NCBI GenBank assembly: GCA_964230645.1
Contig: CAXRHT010000002.1
Location: 544,001 to 608,000, forward strand
DNA from: Bdellovibrionales bacterium
Lineage (GTDB): Bacteria > Bdellovibrionota > Bdellovibrionia > Bdellovibrionales > JAGQZY01
DNA length: 64,000 bases
Direction of reading: 5' to 3'
A program made the position numbers and the translations under genes. The notes beneath the pieces were generated by a model. That model was not told the DNA's origin and searched no databases. It saw only the letters and a list, made by a program, of their open reading frames with translations. Below, one piece after another: positions 47,472-57,055 of the stretch. The number at the start of each line of letters is the position of its first letter. Position 1 is the first letter of the stretch.

Positions 47472-48221
47472 CTAAAGAGTCATGCCGCCATCAACACTTA
47501 GGACGGTTCCATTAATATAGGAGGCCGACTCGGATGCCAAGAACATACAGGCTTGGCTAATGTCCTCAACACTCCCCAGTCTTTGCACCGGAACCTTGTC
47601 GGTCATCGACTTTAGGACTTCTGGCGGCATAGCCGCTGTCATCTTGGTTTCAATGAAGCCCGGAGCAATGGCGTTACTGGTAAAACCTTTTCGCCCCAGC
47701 TCCTTGGCCCAAGTTTTAGTCAAACCAATAACTCCGGCTTTAGCCGCTACGTAATTGGTTTGACCAAAGTTTCCATAAAGTGCCACGACACTCGACATAT
47801 TAATAATGCGGTTATTTTTTGACTCGGCCTTAAAAGACTCTTTTGTGATAAGGGCGTGGGTGACATTAAAAAGACCCGTAAGATTGGTGTCGATCACTGC
47901 CTTGAAGTCGTCATGCGTCATCTTTTTAAAACTTTTATCTCGAGTGATTCCAGCATTGTTCACTAAAACATCAATGTCTTTACACTCAGAGGCTGTCTTC
48001 TCACACATTTCTGGATTCGTGACATCCACAGCAAAAGTCTTAAGTTGTGAGGAATACTGGGAGAGTTCCTTTGTGGCCACATCCAAAGTTTCTTGGTTGT
48101 AATCCCAGATCACAACATTGGCTCCCGCTTGTAAGAAATTTTTGGTGATCGCAAAACCAATCCCTTGCGCCCCACCGGTCACGAGTGCTGTCTTGTTACT
48201 GAAATCAAAATTGGATGCCAT
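47472..48221 (-). CDS. 3-oxoacyl-ACP/acetoacetyl-CoA reductase (FabG/PhaB-like SDR)
   Basis: TGGAQGIG, NNAGITRD, GNFGQTNYVAAKAG, IAPGFIET. Confidence 0.92.
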   Translation of the reverse strand: MASNFDFSNKTALVTGGAQGIGFAITKNFLQAGANVVIWDYNQETLDVATKELSQYSSQLKTFAVDVTNPEMCEKTASECKDIDVLVNNAGITRDKSFKKMTHDDFKAVIDTNLTGLFNVTHALITKESFKAESKNNRIINMSSVVALYGNFGQTNYVAAKAGVIGLTKTWAKELGRKGFTSNAIAPGFIETKMTAAMPPEVLKSMTDKVPVQRLGSVEDISQACMFLASESASYINGTVLSVDGGMTL

Positions 48222-48362
48222 GGAAGTCCCCCTTCAAAGATTTTGTCTATTACATAGGCGTTGCAAGCCGCCCATGGACGAAACAATTTGTTATTTCTGT
48301 TTGAGGAAATTGTCAAACTTTTGCCAATGGTTTATAAGCCAGACTCTTGCGGGGGGATTAGT

Positions 48363-49373
48363 ATGCATTCTATGGCCTCGGCCACAATCAAAAGTGTGGC
48401 CCACTATGTACCAGAGAGATTAGTAACCAATCAGTATTTCAATGATCTTTACAACAAAGACATCGATACTTTTTTAAAAGAAAGACGCAACATTCATCAG
48501 CGTTACTTTATGGCCGAAGACCAAGCCACATCCGACTTGATTGTTCCTGCCGCCGAAAGAGCTCTAGAAAAAGCAGGGCTTAAGCCCGATGATCTGCAAT
48601 TGATTATTGTGGCGACCGACACACCTGATTATGTTTCACCAAGTACTGCGGCTGTCGTGCAACATAAGCTCAAAGCCACAAAGGCCGGTTGTTTTGACAT
48701 GAACTCGGCTTGTGCTGGTTTTGTTACCGCCCTTGATATGGCCAACAAATACATTGTGGCTGATGAGTCCTACGAAAACATTCTGGTGGTGGGTGCTTAC
48801 GGGATGAGTAAGTTTTTAGATTGGGATGACTATAAAATCGCTTCGATGTTTGCAGATGGTGCTGGCGCTTGTGTGGTGAGCCGTAATTCAGGTAAGACCA
48901 AAGGCTTTATGGCATCGGAACTCTACGCTGATGGTCAGTACCATGATTATATGGGAATCTATAGTGGCGGAACTTTTGAACCTGTCACTCAAGATTCTAT
49001 TAAGAACAAACGTCACTTGCTAAATTTTGCTAAAAAAATTCCTGTCGAAACAAACGCTGTGCATTGGCCAAGGCTCACTCATAGTATTCTTGATCGCATT
49101 AAGAAAAAGCCAAGCGAGATTGATCATTTCTTCCTCACCCAACTGAATATCGACACCATCAACGCCGCACTCGACTCTTTGGGGCTCCCTCACGATAAAT
49201 CTCACAACGTGATGGATCAATTCGGTTATACGGGAAGTGCTTGCATTCCCATGGCGCTTTCCGACGCTTGTGAAAAAGAAAAACTCAAAAAAGGGGACCT
49301 TGTTTTTATGCTGGGCTCTGGAGGCGGAATGTCGATGGCAGCCCTTGCTCTTGAATGGGGTTATGACACATGA
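48363..49373 (+). CDS. KAS-III (FabH-like) protein with atypical catalytic residues
   Basis: PSTAA, FDMNSACAGF, FADGAGA; TQLN replaces HQAN and GYTGSA replaces GNTSA; SD GGGGG. Confidence 0.88.
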   Translation: MHSMASATIKSVAHYVPERLVTNQYFNDLYNKDIDTFLKERRNIHQRYFMAEDQATSDLIVPAAERALEKAGLKPDDLQLIIVATDTPDYVSPSTAAVVQHKLKATKAGCFDMNSACAGFVTALDMANKYIVADESYENILVVGAYGMSKFLDWDDYKIASMFADGAGACVVSRNSGKTKGFMASELYADGQYHDYMGIYSGGTFEPVTQDSIKNKRHLLNFAKKIPVETNAVHWPRLTHSILDRIKKKPSEIDHFFLTQLNIDTINAALDSLGLPHDKSHNVMDQFGYTGSACIPMALSDACEKEKLKKGDLVFMLGSGGGMSMAALALEWGYDT

Positions 49374-50875
49374 TCCATGAAGCTCATGCGGACTGGTTGG
49401 GGCGCTGGAATCTCTATTCTCCCGATCAAGTGGCTTTTAAAGATGTGGTGCAGTCAAAAAGCTACACCTATGCCGAGTGCTTTCGGATTGCCAATGGCCT
49501 TGTGCCCTACTTAAAAAGCTTGGGGGTGAAAAAGTCCACCCGAGTGGCCGTTTTTGCCCACAATCGCATTGAGACACTATTGTTATTTTTTGCATTACAA
49601 AGAATGGGAGCCATTTTAGTTCCGATAAACTTTCGACTGGCTCCCTCGGAGACGGACTATGTATTGAGTGACTCCGGCTCTGAGATCCTCTTTTTTGACC
49701 CCGAGTTTGCAGAGCTTGTCGATAAGCTTCGCACTCCCGTTAAGGCTATTAAAATGGCAGCTTTAAAAAAAGAATGTGAGTCAGCGTCTCAGTGCCAAGA
49801 GGTATTTCCCTTTCTAGGAGAATTTGAAGAGGCTTGTAAAATTCTTTACACCTCGGGTACAACAGGCTTTCCCAAAGGAGTGGTAATCACTCCAAAAATT
49901 CTTTTTTGGAATGCGGTGAACACCTCGCTTAGTCTCGATATCAAGTCCAATGATCGCACCGTTAATTTCTCTCCCTTTTTCCATACGGGTGGTTGGAATG
50001 TTTTATTAACGCCCTTTATCCATCAGGGTGCCACGGTTATTTTACTTCCTAAGTTTGATGCCGACCATGTGCTTAGGCTTTGTGAAACAGAAAAAGTGAC
50101 CCTGTTTTTTGGCGTTCCTACCACCCTAGGGATGATGGCGCGCTCTGAAAATTTTGAAAAAACCGATCTCTCCAGTGTTCGCTACGCCATTGTGGGCGGT
50201 GAGCCCATGTCTTTAAACATGATCCAACTTTGGCACAAAAAAGGAGTCGCTATTAGGCAGGGTTTTGGTTTGACCGAATGTGGACCCAATTGCTTTTCGT
50301 TAAGTGAAAAAGATGCTGAAGAAAAGATTGGTTCTATTGGGCGACCTAATTTTTATGTTCAAACAAGAGTTCTCAGTGAAGAAAATAAGGACGTGGAAGT
50401 AGGACAGGTGGGAGAGCTTCTTTTAAAAGGCCCCATGTGTATGACTCAGTACTGGCAGAACGAGGAAGCCACAAAAAATAGTTTCTTTGAAGGATGGCTC
50501 CGAACCGGAGACCTGGTTAAGCGAGATGAAAGTCACTTCTTTTATGTCGTGGGTCGAAAGAAAGAAATGTTTATCAGCGGTGGCGAGAATGTCTACCCGG
50601 CAGAGGTTGAAAAAGTGATCAGTCGTCACCCGGAAGTCAACGAAGTGGCCGTCCTTGGTGTGGAGGATCCACAATGGGGCGAGGTTGGTAAGGCTTTTAT
50701 CGTCTCTAAACACAAAAAAGAATTGGCCACGGAGGAATTGGTCAATTTTTGTAAAGAGCATTTGGCCAAATATAAAATCCCTAAACAGTTTGAATTTCTA
50801 GAGGACCTTCCCAAAGGAGATTCAGGAAAAATCTTAAAGAAAAATTTAAATCCAAGAACCCAAACACAATTGTAA
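49370..50875 (+). CDS. Acyl-CoA synthetase (AMP-binding enzyme)
   Basis: YTSGTTGFPKG, GFGLTE, RTGDL, GRKKEMFISGGENVYPAEVE, SGKILK. Confidence 0.95.
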   Translation: MIHEAHADWLGRWNLYSPDQVAFKDVVQSKSYTYAECFRIANGLVPYLKSLGVKKSTRVAVFAHNRIETLLLFFALQRMGAILVPINFRLAPSETDYVLSDSGSEILFFDPEFAELVDKLRTPVKAIKMAALKKECESASQCQEVFPFLGEFEEACKILYTSGTTGFPKGVVITPKILFWNAVNTSLSLDIKSNDRTVNFSPFFHTGGWNVLLTPFIHQGATVILLPKFDADHVLRLCETEKVTLFFGVPTTLGMMARSENFEKTDLSSVRYAIVGGEPMSLNMIQLWHKKGVAIRQGFGLTECGPNCFSLSEKDAEEKIGSIGRPNFYVQTRVLSEENKDVEVGQVGELLLKGPMCMTQYWQNEEATKNSFFEGWLRTGDLVKRDESHFFYVVGRKKEMFISGGENVYPAEVEKVISRHPEVNEVAVLGVEDPQWGEVGKAFIVSKHKKELATEELVNFCKEHLAKYKIPKQFEFLEDLPKGDSGKILKKNLNPRTQTQL

Positions 50876-50885
50876 GGAATTAATA

Positions 50886-51911
50886 ATGAATAAAATACTT
50901 TTTGTGCTGATCGGCCTACTTTTTACATCTCAAAGCTTTGCTTTCGACGAAGGGCTTTTTGAAGTCTCCGAGAATCATCATGTTTATTATCGTTATCAAA
51001 AGGCGGAGTCTGGCAAACCGACGATCGTTCTTCTTAACGGTCTCATTTATGCCATTGAAAACTGGGACGAGTACTTTGAGGAACTTTCAAAGTCTGGTGT
51101 AGGCGTTTTACAAATGGCCTATAGCACTCAACCGGAATCTCTGGTGGATTCCCAAGGGACTCCTTTTTATGCGGTTCCTGAACTCACCGCTTTTGGTTGG
51201 GTTCCTAAAGGGATTGAAACACAAACTTTGGTGGATGAGAGCATGACTGTGATTGATGCCCTTGGAATCGAGCGCTTTAGCCTTGCCAGTCTCTCCTATG
51301 GCTCCATTGTTGCCGCCGAAATGGCCGTGCAAGAAAAAGAAAGGATTGATCAACTCATCCTTATGGCTCCGGCCGTTATGAGTTCGGGTAGATACAATCC
51401 CTACGGACAGTCACGTCACAACTACTATACTATCTTAAAAGCGGCGGGAAATCCTGCCGCCGATATTTCTTATGACACCGAATTGTTCGGTACACTCTCG
51501 GCCATAATCACACCCTTAAAATATAACTTTGAAGATGTGTCGTTTACCTATTTCTTTGCGGGCGTTTATCAGATGGTGCGCTCATCAAAGTGGTTTGACT
51601 TAAAAGAGTACGCCGACGCCGATTTGCCACCCACTTATATGTTTCTGGCAAGCCTTGAGGACAAACCTCTTTACAAAGACCAACTCTTATTTTGGGAAAT
51701 GATGGATGAAAACAGTGCCAAAGAAGGTCTTGTCACTTTTGAGGGAAGCTTTCACGCCATTCCCGGTGTGGCGCCTGAAAAGTGTGCCGAGAAAACCCTT
51801 CTAATTCTTGAAGACAAACTAAAAGCCTCTGAGAGCAAAGTGAAAGTGGGAACGGGAAACCCTCCCGGGACTATGAAAGATAGTCTTGTAGACTTTTTCT
51901 CCAACTCCTAA
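50886..51911 (+). CDS. Secreted alpha/beta hydrolase
   Basis: Signal peptide; LLNGL, SLSYG nucleophile elbow, Asp (LEDK), His (SFHAI). Confidence 0.8.
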   Translation: MNKILFVLIGLLFTSQSFAFDEGLFEVSENHHVYYRYQKAESGKPTIVLLNGLIYAIENWDEYFEELSKSGVGVLQMAYSTQPESLVDSQGTPFYAVPELTAFGWVPKGIETQTLVDESMTVIDALGIERFSLASLSYGSIVAAEMAVQEKERIDQLILMAPAVMSSGRYNPYGQSRHNYYTILKAAGNPAADISYDTELFGTLSAIITPLKYNFEDVSFTYFFAGVYQMVRSSKWFDLKEYADADLPPTYMFLASLEDKPLYKDQLLFWEMMDENSAKEGLVTFEGSFHAIPGVAPEKCAEKTLLILEDKLKASESKVKVGTGNPPGTMKDSLVDFFSNS

Positions 51912-51920
51912 GGACCCTCG

Positions 51921-52847
51921 ATGAGAATTTTATTCTGCCTGTTTATTTTCCTCTCGGCTTCATCACTTCTCGCACAAGACAGTGAGGTAAAAACTGAAGC
52001 CAAGGCACCGGCGACTCCTTTTTTGCCTGACTTTAAAGTCAATGTGGACTTTCTTCACTATGACTTTCAAGGCCGCCACCCTGCCGATGGAAACATCTAT
52101 GGCTTTGAGGGTGTGACATTCACCTCCGAAACCAGCACTTTTACTTGGATGATGACGCCTCTTTGGCAACTTTCTTTGGCTCTGCAATATGTCGAAAAGT
52201 ATGCTGAAACAGAATTTCTCGGCACTCTTTATAAAGATCGCACACAGGGTTTAGGAGATACGCGTCTAAGTACGAGTCGGACTTTTATAGATGGCACAAA
52301 TATCTATATCGCTAGTCTTGGCGTGAGTCTGCCAACGGGTTCAGTGGGAGAGAAAAACCAGTATAACCCTGCCATCAACTACCCCTACAATATGCAATTG
52401 GGCTCTGGAACCTATGACCCTTTTTTAAGCCTTATGGGAATTAAAACCATTGGCCGTCATCAGATCGGTCTTCTCGGCATGGGAACCTTTCGTACTGGGC
52501 GCAATGACTATGGTTACCGCATGGGAGACGAATACCTGGCAAAAACTTGGTACACCTTTAACCTTCGTTCTTGGTTTGCCCCGGGCCTTTGGCTTAACTA
52601 CAACCATATCCAGCGCATCACCGGACAAGATCGAACCTTTGGACGCAATCTTTTTGTGCAGTGGTACCACTCGCCTCGGGACTTCTGGGACTTGAGCTTC
52701 AACATCAACTCCAACATAAAGCTCAGTAAGTATATCAGTCTCAAGGGCCTTGTGGGACGCCCCATTTGGCAAGAGAGTAAGAACATCGACAATGTGCAAG
52801 TTTACGCTCAGTGGTTTGCTCAGGTGGGTGTGGAGGCCCGATTCTAG
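51921..52847 (+). CDS. Outer-membrane beta-barrel, COG4313/SphA-like hydrophobic-substrate channel
   Basis: Signal peptide; GLGDT, GVSLPTG, MQLGSGTYD; C-terminal F. Confidence 0.75.
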   Translation: MRILFCLFIFLSASSLLAQDSEVKTEAKAPATPFLPDFKVNVDFLHYDFQGRHPADGNIYGFEGVTFTSETSTFTWMMTPLWQLSLALQYVEKYAETEFLGTLYKDRTQGLGDTRLSTSRTFIDGTNIYIASLGVSLPTGSVGEKNQYNPAINYPYNMQLGSGTYDPFLSLMGIKTIGRHQIGLLGMGTFRTGRNDYGYRMGDEYLAKTWYTFNLRSWFAPGLWLNYNHIQRITGQDRTFGRNLFVQWYHSPRDFWDLSFNINSNIKLSKYISLKGLVGRPIWQESKNIDNVQVYAQWFAQVGVEARF

Positions 52848-52860
52848 ATCGGGGCCAGTT

Positions 52861-53018
52861 TTGGGGCCTTTTCTCGCTTCTAATTTTCAGGGAAATGTCT
52901 GTAAATTAGGCACAGCTCCTGCTTTGCTGGCATCACCCTGCGGGTGAGAGCCTCCGGCTTGCCAGAGCCGTAATTTACAGACATTTCCCTGAAAATTAGA
53001 AGCGAGAAAAGACCCCAA
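52861..53018. repeat. Foldback element: 48-bp inverted repeats (1 mismatch) with T-shaped head
   Basis: 52861-52908 versus 52971-53018; head CTGGCA[TCACCC-TGC-GGGTGA][AGCC-TCC-GGCT]TGCCAG. Confidence 0.9.
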
Positions 53019-53104
53019 CATTGGTTTGATAACGCATGGGTCTTTTACCCTTTGGGGATTCGTTCTAGAATAGAATCGAATCTATTTTTGCTAAGGGGCC
53101 CTCT

Positions 53105-54466
53105 ATGGAAAAATCTACGGCTGAAAAAGCTCTCTCTTTGAACCTCATTCGTCCGCTCTATGGAACTATTGCTGAAATTGGTGCGGGGCAAGAGGTGGCT
53201 CGGTGGTTTTTTAAGGTCGGAGGGGCGGCTGGAACTATTGCCAAAGCTATGTCGGCTTACGACATGAAGTTTAGTGATGATATTTATGGACGGGAAACCA
53301 GTGGACGCTATGTGGTGGAGTCGCGTGTGCGGAAGATGCTTGAGCATGAGTACTCTTTGCTTGAAACAAGACTTTCTGATGAAGAAAACCGCAATAAATA
53401 TTTTTTCGCCTTTGCGGACACTGTAGCAGCTAAAAGTTTTAAATACACCGGTGATTGTCATGGCTGGATGGGAGTGCGCTTTCAACAAGGTCCTACGGAT
53501 AAACCGAGCCAAGTGATCATTCATGTGCGCATGCTTGATAAGACCAACCTTCACCAACAAGAGGCTTTGGGTATTCTCGGGGTGAATCTAATTTATGCCT
53601 GTTACAATTTGCACGACAAACCCGAGGAATTTTTAAAATCCCTCCTTCATGGGGAGCTTAAAAATCGGGTTGAAATCAATGTGATTCGATTTGAAGGTCC
53701 ACTTTTTGACGAATCTAAGGAAATCGAGAACAATCTACTTTTGTTCAAAAACAAGCTCACTCGCACCATCCTAATCCCTATCAACAAACAGGTCTCTCAC
53801 CTTGCCGAAGAGTTTTATGAAAAGCAGGTGATCATTCACCGTGGAAACTTTGGCCCTCCCTTAAAAACAGATATCGATATTCTACGATGTGCAAGGGATC
53901 ACTATTGCGGACAGAAAGTCGAAGGGCTCTGTGATCCCTATATGGTCAGCGAGGTGCGCTACGACCGCGATATCAATAATTTTGAGGCGCTTTTAAAGAA
54001 AGTCGAACTTTTGCAGAACTGTGATCAGAACATTCTCATTACCGACTTTGATAGAACTTACAAATTAACAGAGTACGTGGCAAAATTTACCAACAATCAT
54101 ATCAATGTTGTTTTTAGAACAACCAAAATCATTGAAATTCTTGAGAATGAAAGACTCGCCTCTCTTGACCGCTTGGCGCGGATTTTCAACGAACGTACGA
54201 GAATGTATATTTATCCTGTAGACTCAAATAAGGTGGATAAAACGCTGCAAGTTGACCCTAGTCAGCCGCTCTTTACTCTATCCAATTACAAACCCACGGA
54301 TTTAAATATAAATTTATATAGGCATTTGATCACCTCTCGTTATATACAGGAACTCACCAACTATGATGAAGACTTGGCCAAATGGGATAGTGAATCGGCC
54401 GCCTTGGTGAAGAAAAAAGACGCAAAAGTGTGGAAAAATTTACTGGCTTGCCAAGCCCCTGAGTAG
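53105..54466 (+). CDS. Conserved protein with CinA-like N-terminal and nucleotidyltransferase-like C-terminal regions
   Basis: YGTIAEIGAGQEVARWFF.VGGAAGTIAKAMSAYD, FFAFADTV, HGWMGVRFQ, QQEALGILGVNL, RGNFGP. Confidence 0.7.
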   Translation: MEKSTAEKALSLNLIRPLYGTIAEIGAGQEVARWFFKVGGAAGTIAKAMSAYDMKFSDDIYGRETSGRYVVESRVRKMLEHEYSLLETRLSDEENRNKYFFAFADTVAAKSFKYTGDCHGWMGVRFQQGPTDKPSQVIIHVRMLDKTNLHQQEALGILGVNLIYACYNLHDKPEEFLKSLLHGELKNRVEINVIRFEGPLFDESKEIENNLLLFKNKLTRTILIPINKQVSHLAEEFYEKQVIIHRGNFGPPLKTDIDILRCARDHYCGQKVEGLCDPYMVSEVRYDRDINNFEALLKKVELLQNCDQNILITDFDRTYKLTEYVAKFTNNHINVVFRTTKIIEILENERLASLDRLARIFNERTRMYIYPVDSNKVDKTLQVDPSQPLFTLSNYKPTDLNINLYRHLITSRYIQELTNYDEDLAKWDSESAALVKKKDAKVWKNLLACQAPE

Positions 54467-54531
54467 TCATTATTATAAATTGAATTTAGTTAGTAGCTTT
54501 TGTCCCTGAATTTTAGTTAGAAGGATTAAAT

Positions 54532-54879
54532 ATGAGCTTAATGAACTTACTTTATGTTTGGGTACTTTCAGCCGTTATTCTCTACTTCACCGCATTCCTC
54601 GTTCCTGGCTTTCGAATCCGTTCTTTTGGTCGTGCCCTTGCTGGCGCCTTGGTTGTGGGACTTTTTAATGCCACTCTTTGGTGGATTCTATTTATCCTCA
54701 CAATTCCATTAACAGTTCTTACCTTAGGTCTTTTCACTTTTGTCATTGATGCGATTGTCTTACGAATTGCCGCAGGACTCCTTAAAGGTTTTGAAATCAG
54801 TGGTTGGATTCCTGCCATTCTTGGAGCTTTCGTCTTAGCCTTACTTCAACTTCTTTTAAAAAGTTTTTTGAGCGTTTAA
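54532..54879 (+). CDS. YvlD/DUF360 (phage holin family 4-like) membrane protein
   Basis: LVPGFRI.SFG.AL..ALV.GL.N...ILTIPLTVLTLGLFTFVI. Confidence 0.85.
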   Translation: MSLMNLLYVWVLSAVILYFTAFLVPGFRIRSFGRALAGALVVGLFNATLWWILFILTIPLTVLTLGLFTFVIDAIVLRIAAGLLKGFEISGWIPAILGAFVLALLQLLLKSFLSV

Positions 54880-54889
54880 CTGGAGCATA

Positions 54890-55306
54890 ATGAGTTATAA
54901 AAGTATTTTTTTAATTCTATCTCCTCTGATCATCTTCGTGTTCTACTCTAATTGCGGATCGCGGGCAGAGCCGCCCGTCTACTCTTATATTCCATTGAGC
55001 ACGCTGCCTTCAGAAGAACTTAACAACAACCAAAGAAGCCGTATCATTTACGACTGCGCTGAATTTGACTACGAAGGCAACGAAAATATCGATATCTCGA
55101 AAGGCTGCACTTTTTTTAGCATGAATCCGATCGTTAATAGCCAGGCCGTCTTTGTTGATTACAAAGATTTTTCTGAGCAGGATTTAATGGAAAGAATCTC
55201 TGTTTTCTTTCCAGATTTTGAGAATGCTCCAGTAATTATACTCGAAGGTGATGGCGTTCTTGAGGAGGGTTTAAATAACCCGGGATTCAATCTTGTCATT
55301 CGATGA
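54890..55306 (+). CDS. Hypothetical lipoprotein
   Basis: SD GGAG; lipobox-like FYSNCG. Confidence 0.65.
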   Translation: MSYKSIFLILSPLIIFVFYSNCGSRAEPPVYSYIPLSTLPSEELNNNQRSRIIYDCAEFDYEGNENIDISKGCTFFSMNPIVNSQAVFVDYKDFSEQDLMERISVFFPDFENAPVIILEGDGVLEEGLNNPGFNLVIR

Positions 55307-55403
55307 CCATCACCAAGGTGAAACAACTAAGATTTAAATAAAGACGAGGGTACCTTGTAGCGAGCTTTGGACACCTTTACCCCTTACGGCTTCTTTTTAA
55401 TTA

Positions 55404-55419
55404 GGGCACAAGCCTTGCA
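55404..55419 (+). promoter_or_regulatory. Putative sigma54 promoter, likely leaderless
   Basis: GGGCACAAGCCTTGCA (GG-N10-GC); ATG 13 nt after the GC; no SD. Confidence 0.65.
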
Positions 55420-55431
55420 ATATAAGTTAAG

Positions 55432-57012
55432 ATGAATCTCAGGAACTATTTTTCAGTCATTCTAGTTTCGATCCTTTTGCTGGCCCTTCCGATCAGCAAA
55501 ACTCATGCGAAAACAAATACTTGCAAGATTATCTTCAGTGAAAACCGGTATTTGGGCTTTATTGGCGACCAGATTGAGTTCGTTCTGAACAGAGCCGAGC
55601 CTGAGACGTCAGCAGAAATTGTCACCCAAATGCAGTCTCTCCAGTCAGGTGAGTTCGTACCTCAAGAACAGTCCAATAAGCCCATCGAGGAAAGGCTGCA
55701 GACGAAAATAATGGCTGGGCAACCACTCGGGGAGTTAGCCGATGAGTTCAATCTTCCCATTGAGACTCTAGGTCTCTTTAACAGAAGCACCGGAAATTTT
55801 GAACCTGACAGGGCTCGGCCAAAACAGCCCTTGGCTTTGGAAAATGGTGACTCAAAATTAAAAGCTATTCGAATTAACTACGAGTTCAGCTATGGATCAG
55901 ATGGTAATGCGTTTCCAGCTTTGCTTTCTAATTATTTGAAAGTCCTGCAAGTCATCCCTGACTTAGAGCTTTGGGTTGCTCTTCGTGAGTTCGACAAAGT
56001 CGATTTTGAGAACATGATTAAAGACGTCCCATTAGAAATTAAAAATCGAATAAAAACAGTCACTACCTCTTCCCTACAAGTAGAACTGTGGGCTCAAGAC
56101 GGTTCGAAACCCTTTGAAGACGGAGAAAGCACTCTGCTACAAACCAATGGTAACAAAGTAAAAAGGAGAGACTATCGAAAAGTCGTTTGGGACATGGAAG
56201 AAAGTGGCCTGATCACAACCGAGACTAGCTACTTTCGGTTCGAAGGCGGGAATGTCATTGTTGGAGACGATCACATTTTCTTAGGAGTTGATGTTGTGAA
56301 TGATCTTGTTGAAAATATTGGGATGGATCGTCCTGAAGCCTTATCAGCTCTCTCTTCCGATTTCGGAAAAGAAGTTATTGAAATAGGAATTCCAAAAATT
56401 GGGTCTAATCCTGAACAACCTGAATTCCATATTGATCTGACCATGTCACTTGTGAGAGACCGCACTAGTGGAAAAGAAATTGTCTTGTTACAGTCTCCTT
56501 ATGCTCTTTTCGAACAAGTCCTGGGATTTCGTAATATGAGTGAAGCGAACGAGGTCAGCTTTCGCAAAAACATCGTTGATTTTCTTTTGAAGATTAAACA
56601 ACAAATTCAAAGTGGACAAAAAAAATCACTAAGCATCGGTGAGACAAGGTTTATCGAAGAGCTTTCCAAAATAAATCTCGCCGAATTACGTTTAAAAGAG
56701 GCTCAATCCTCTTTTATTGCCGACCTTATTGAGAAATCGAATTATGAGGTCAAAAAAATACCCGGATGGAATAACCTGAGCTGGACTCTCTCGACCTTCA
56801 ACTACACCAACCTCGTTTGGTCAGAAAACTATGTTCTTGCCCCGGAATATGAGATTGATTTTCTGGATCAATATGTCTACTCCATTTTCGAAGAACTAGG
56901 CTATCAAGTGATTCCAATGAATTCTGTCCAGAAATTAATTTGCAAAAGAGGGGGCATTCGTTGCGCTAGCGAAACCTACAGACAGCCTCCATTGAGGGAA
57001 TCTGCAAACTAG
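55432..57012 (+). CDS. Secreted pentein-superfamily enzyme (peptidylarginine/agmatine deiminase-like)
   Basis: Signal peptide; LWAQD, FEGGN, FHIDL, NYTN, GGIRCAS. Confidence 0.8.
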   Translation: MNLRNYFSVILVSILLLALPISKTHAKTNTCKIIFSENRYLGFIGDQIEFVLNRAEPETSAEIVTQMQSLQSGEFVPQEQSNKPIEERLQTKIMAGQPLGELADEFNLPIETLGLFNRSTGNFEPDRARPKQPLALENGDSKLKAIRINYEFSYGSDGNAFPALLSNYLKVLQVIPDLELWVALREFDKVDFENMIKDVPLEIKNRIKTVTTSSLQVELWAQDGSKPFEDGESTLLQTNGNKVKRRDYRKVVWDMEESGLITTETSYFRFEGGNVIVGDDHIFLGVDVVNDLVENIGMDRPEALSALSSDFGKEVIEIGIPKIGSNPEQPEFHIDLTMSLVRDRTSGKEIVLLQSPYALFEQVLGFRNMSEANEVSFRKNIVDFLLKIKQQIQSGQKKSLSIGETRFIEELSKINLAELRLKEAQSSFIADLIEKSNYEVKKIPGWNNLSWTLSTFNYTNLVWSENYVLAPEYEIDFLDQYVYSIFEELGYQVIPMNSVQKLICKRGGIRCASETYRQPPLRESAN

Positions 57013-57055
57013 TGTGATAAGCTTCGAGCTTCTTTGATTGAAAAAAGTTAAAAGC

